NCBI GenBank assembly: GCA_030704615.1
Contig: CM060731.1
Location: 26,784,001 to 26,848,000 of the forward strand
DNA: 64,000 bases
Origin: Takakia lepidozioides
Taxonomy: Eukaryota > Plantae > Bryophyta
Reading direction: 5' to 3'
Part shown: positions 63,751 to 64,000 of the stretch, one piece after another
How the letters are laid out: each line of letters begins with the position of its first letter
Position numbering within the stretch: position 1 is the stretch's first letter
Notes under the pieces: generated by a model
Databases searched by the model: none
What the model was told of the DNA's origin: nothing
The model's input: the letters and a program-made list of their open reading frames with translations, nothing else
Made by a program: the position numbers and the translations under genes

Positions 63751-64000
63751 ATTGAGTTTTTGAGTTATTGAGTTTTTTTTTTTTAAAACCTTCGTGGAAT
63801 TTATTGAAAAATTGAGGGGAAAAAAATAAAACCCCAAGTGACACCATAAGGGTTACACACCGTAGTCACTGAGGAGTGAACCAAAGCCCGTATTTAAAAA
63901 TGCAGCATTATACTGGAAAAACCTTAAAAATGGCCTGCCCTTAACGAGAGAGTCTTCCAATCGGCGCAGTATGATGCACATTATCGAGGAGCTAATCTAT

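Noticed and set aside
63865-63925. Hammerhead ribozyme (CTGAGGA...GAAA)
   Set aside because: Could not identify the required flanking stems by eye.

Overview
Eukaryotic, repeat-dominated window, most likely a non-seed land plant (inferred from the TE types and a plant A1 aspartic protease). Positions 1-~46.8 kb are one degenerate Ty3/gypsy element (integrase, long extra 3' ORF, PPT, 3' LTR) holding a nest of DNA transposons. The nest is a Mutator-like element (MULE) copy 1 (3051-14912, 8-bp TSD) plus a CACTA-like element (16911-45554, 2-bp TSD), which itself holds an inverted MULE copy 2 (17774-43536, 9-bp TSD). The highlight is this MULE family. Besides a GCM-like/DDE/SWIM transposase, it carries a divergently transcribed, intron-containing gene fusing a ParB/Sulfiredoxin-like domain (WDGNHR) to a beta-class amino (N6A/N4C) DNA methyltransferase-like domain. 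Its non-coding parts are tiled with the palindrome GAAATTCGGCGCCGAATTTC and its half-sites. In copy 2, one intron of that gene has expanded into a ~13.7-kb array of a 146-bp satellite. The last 17 kb hold a SWIM-transposase remnant, an aspartic protease (pseudo)gene, LINE fragments (2A-like + APE; zf-RVT; zinc knuckle + restriction-like endonuclease) and a gypsy integrase-PHD element with a permuted A...B-A-B terminal repeat structure. All domain calls come from motif recognition by eye; no searches were run.
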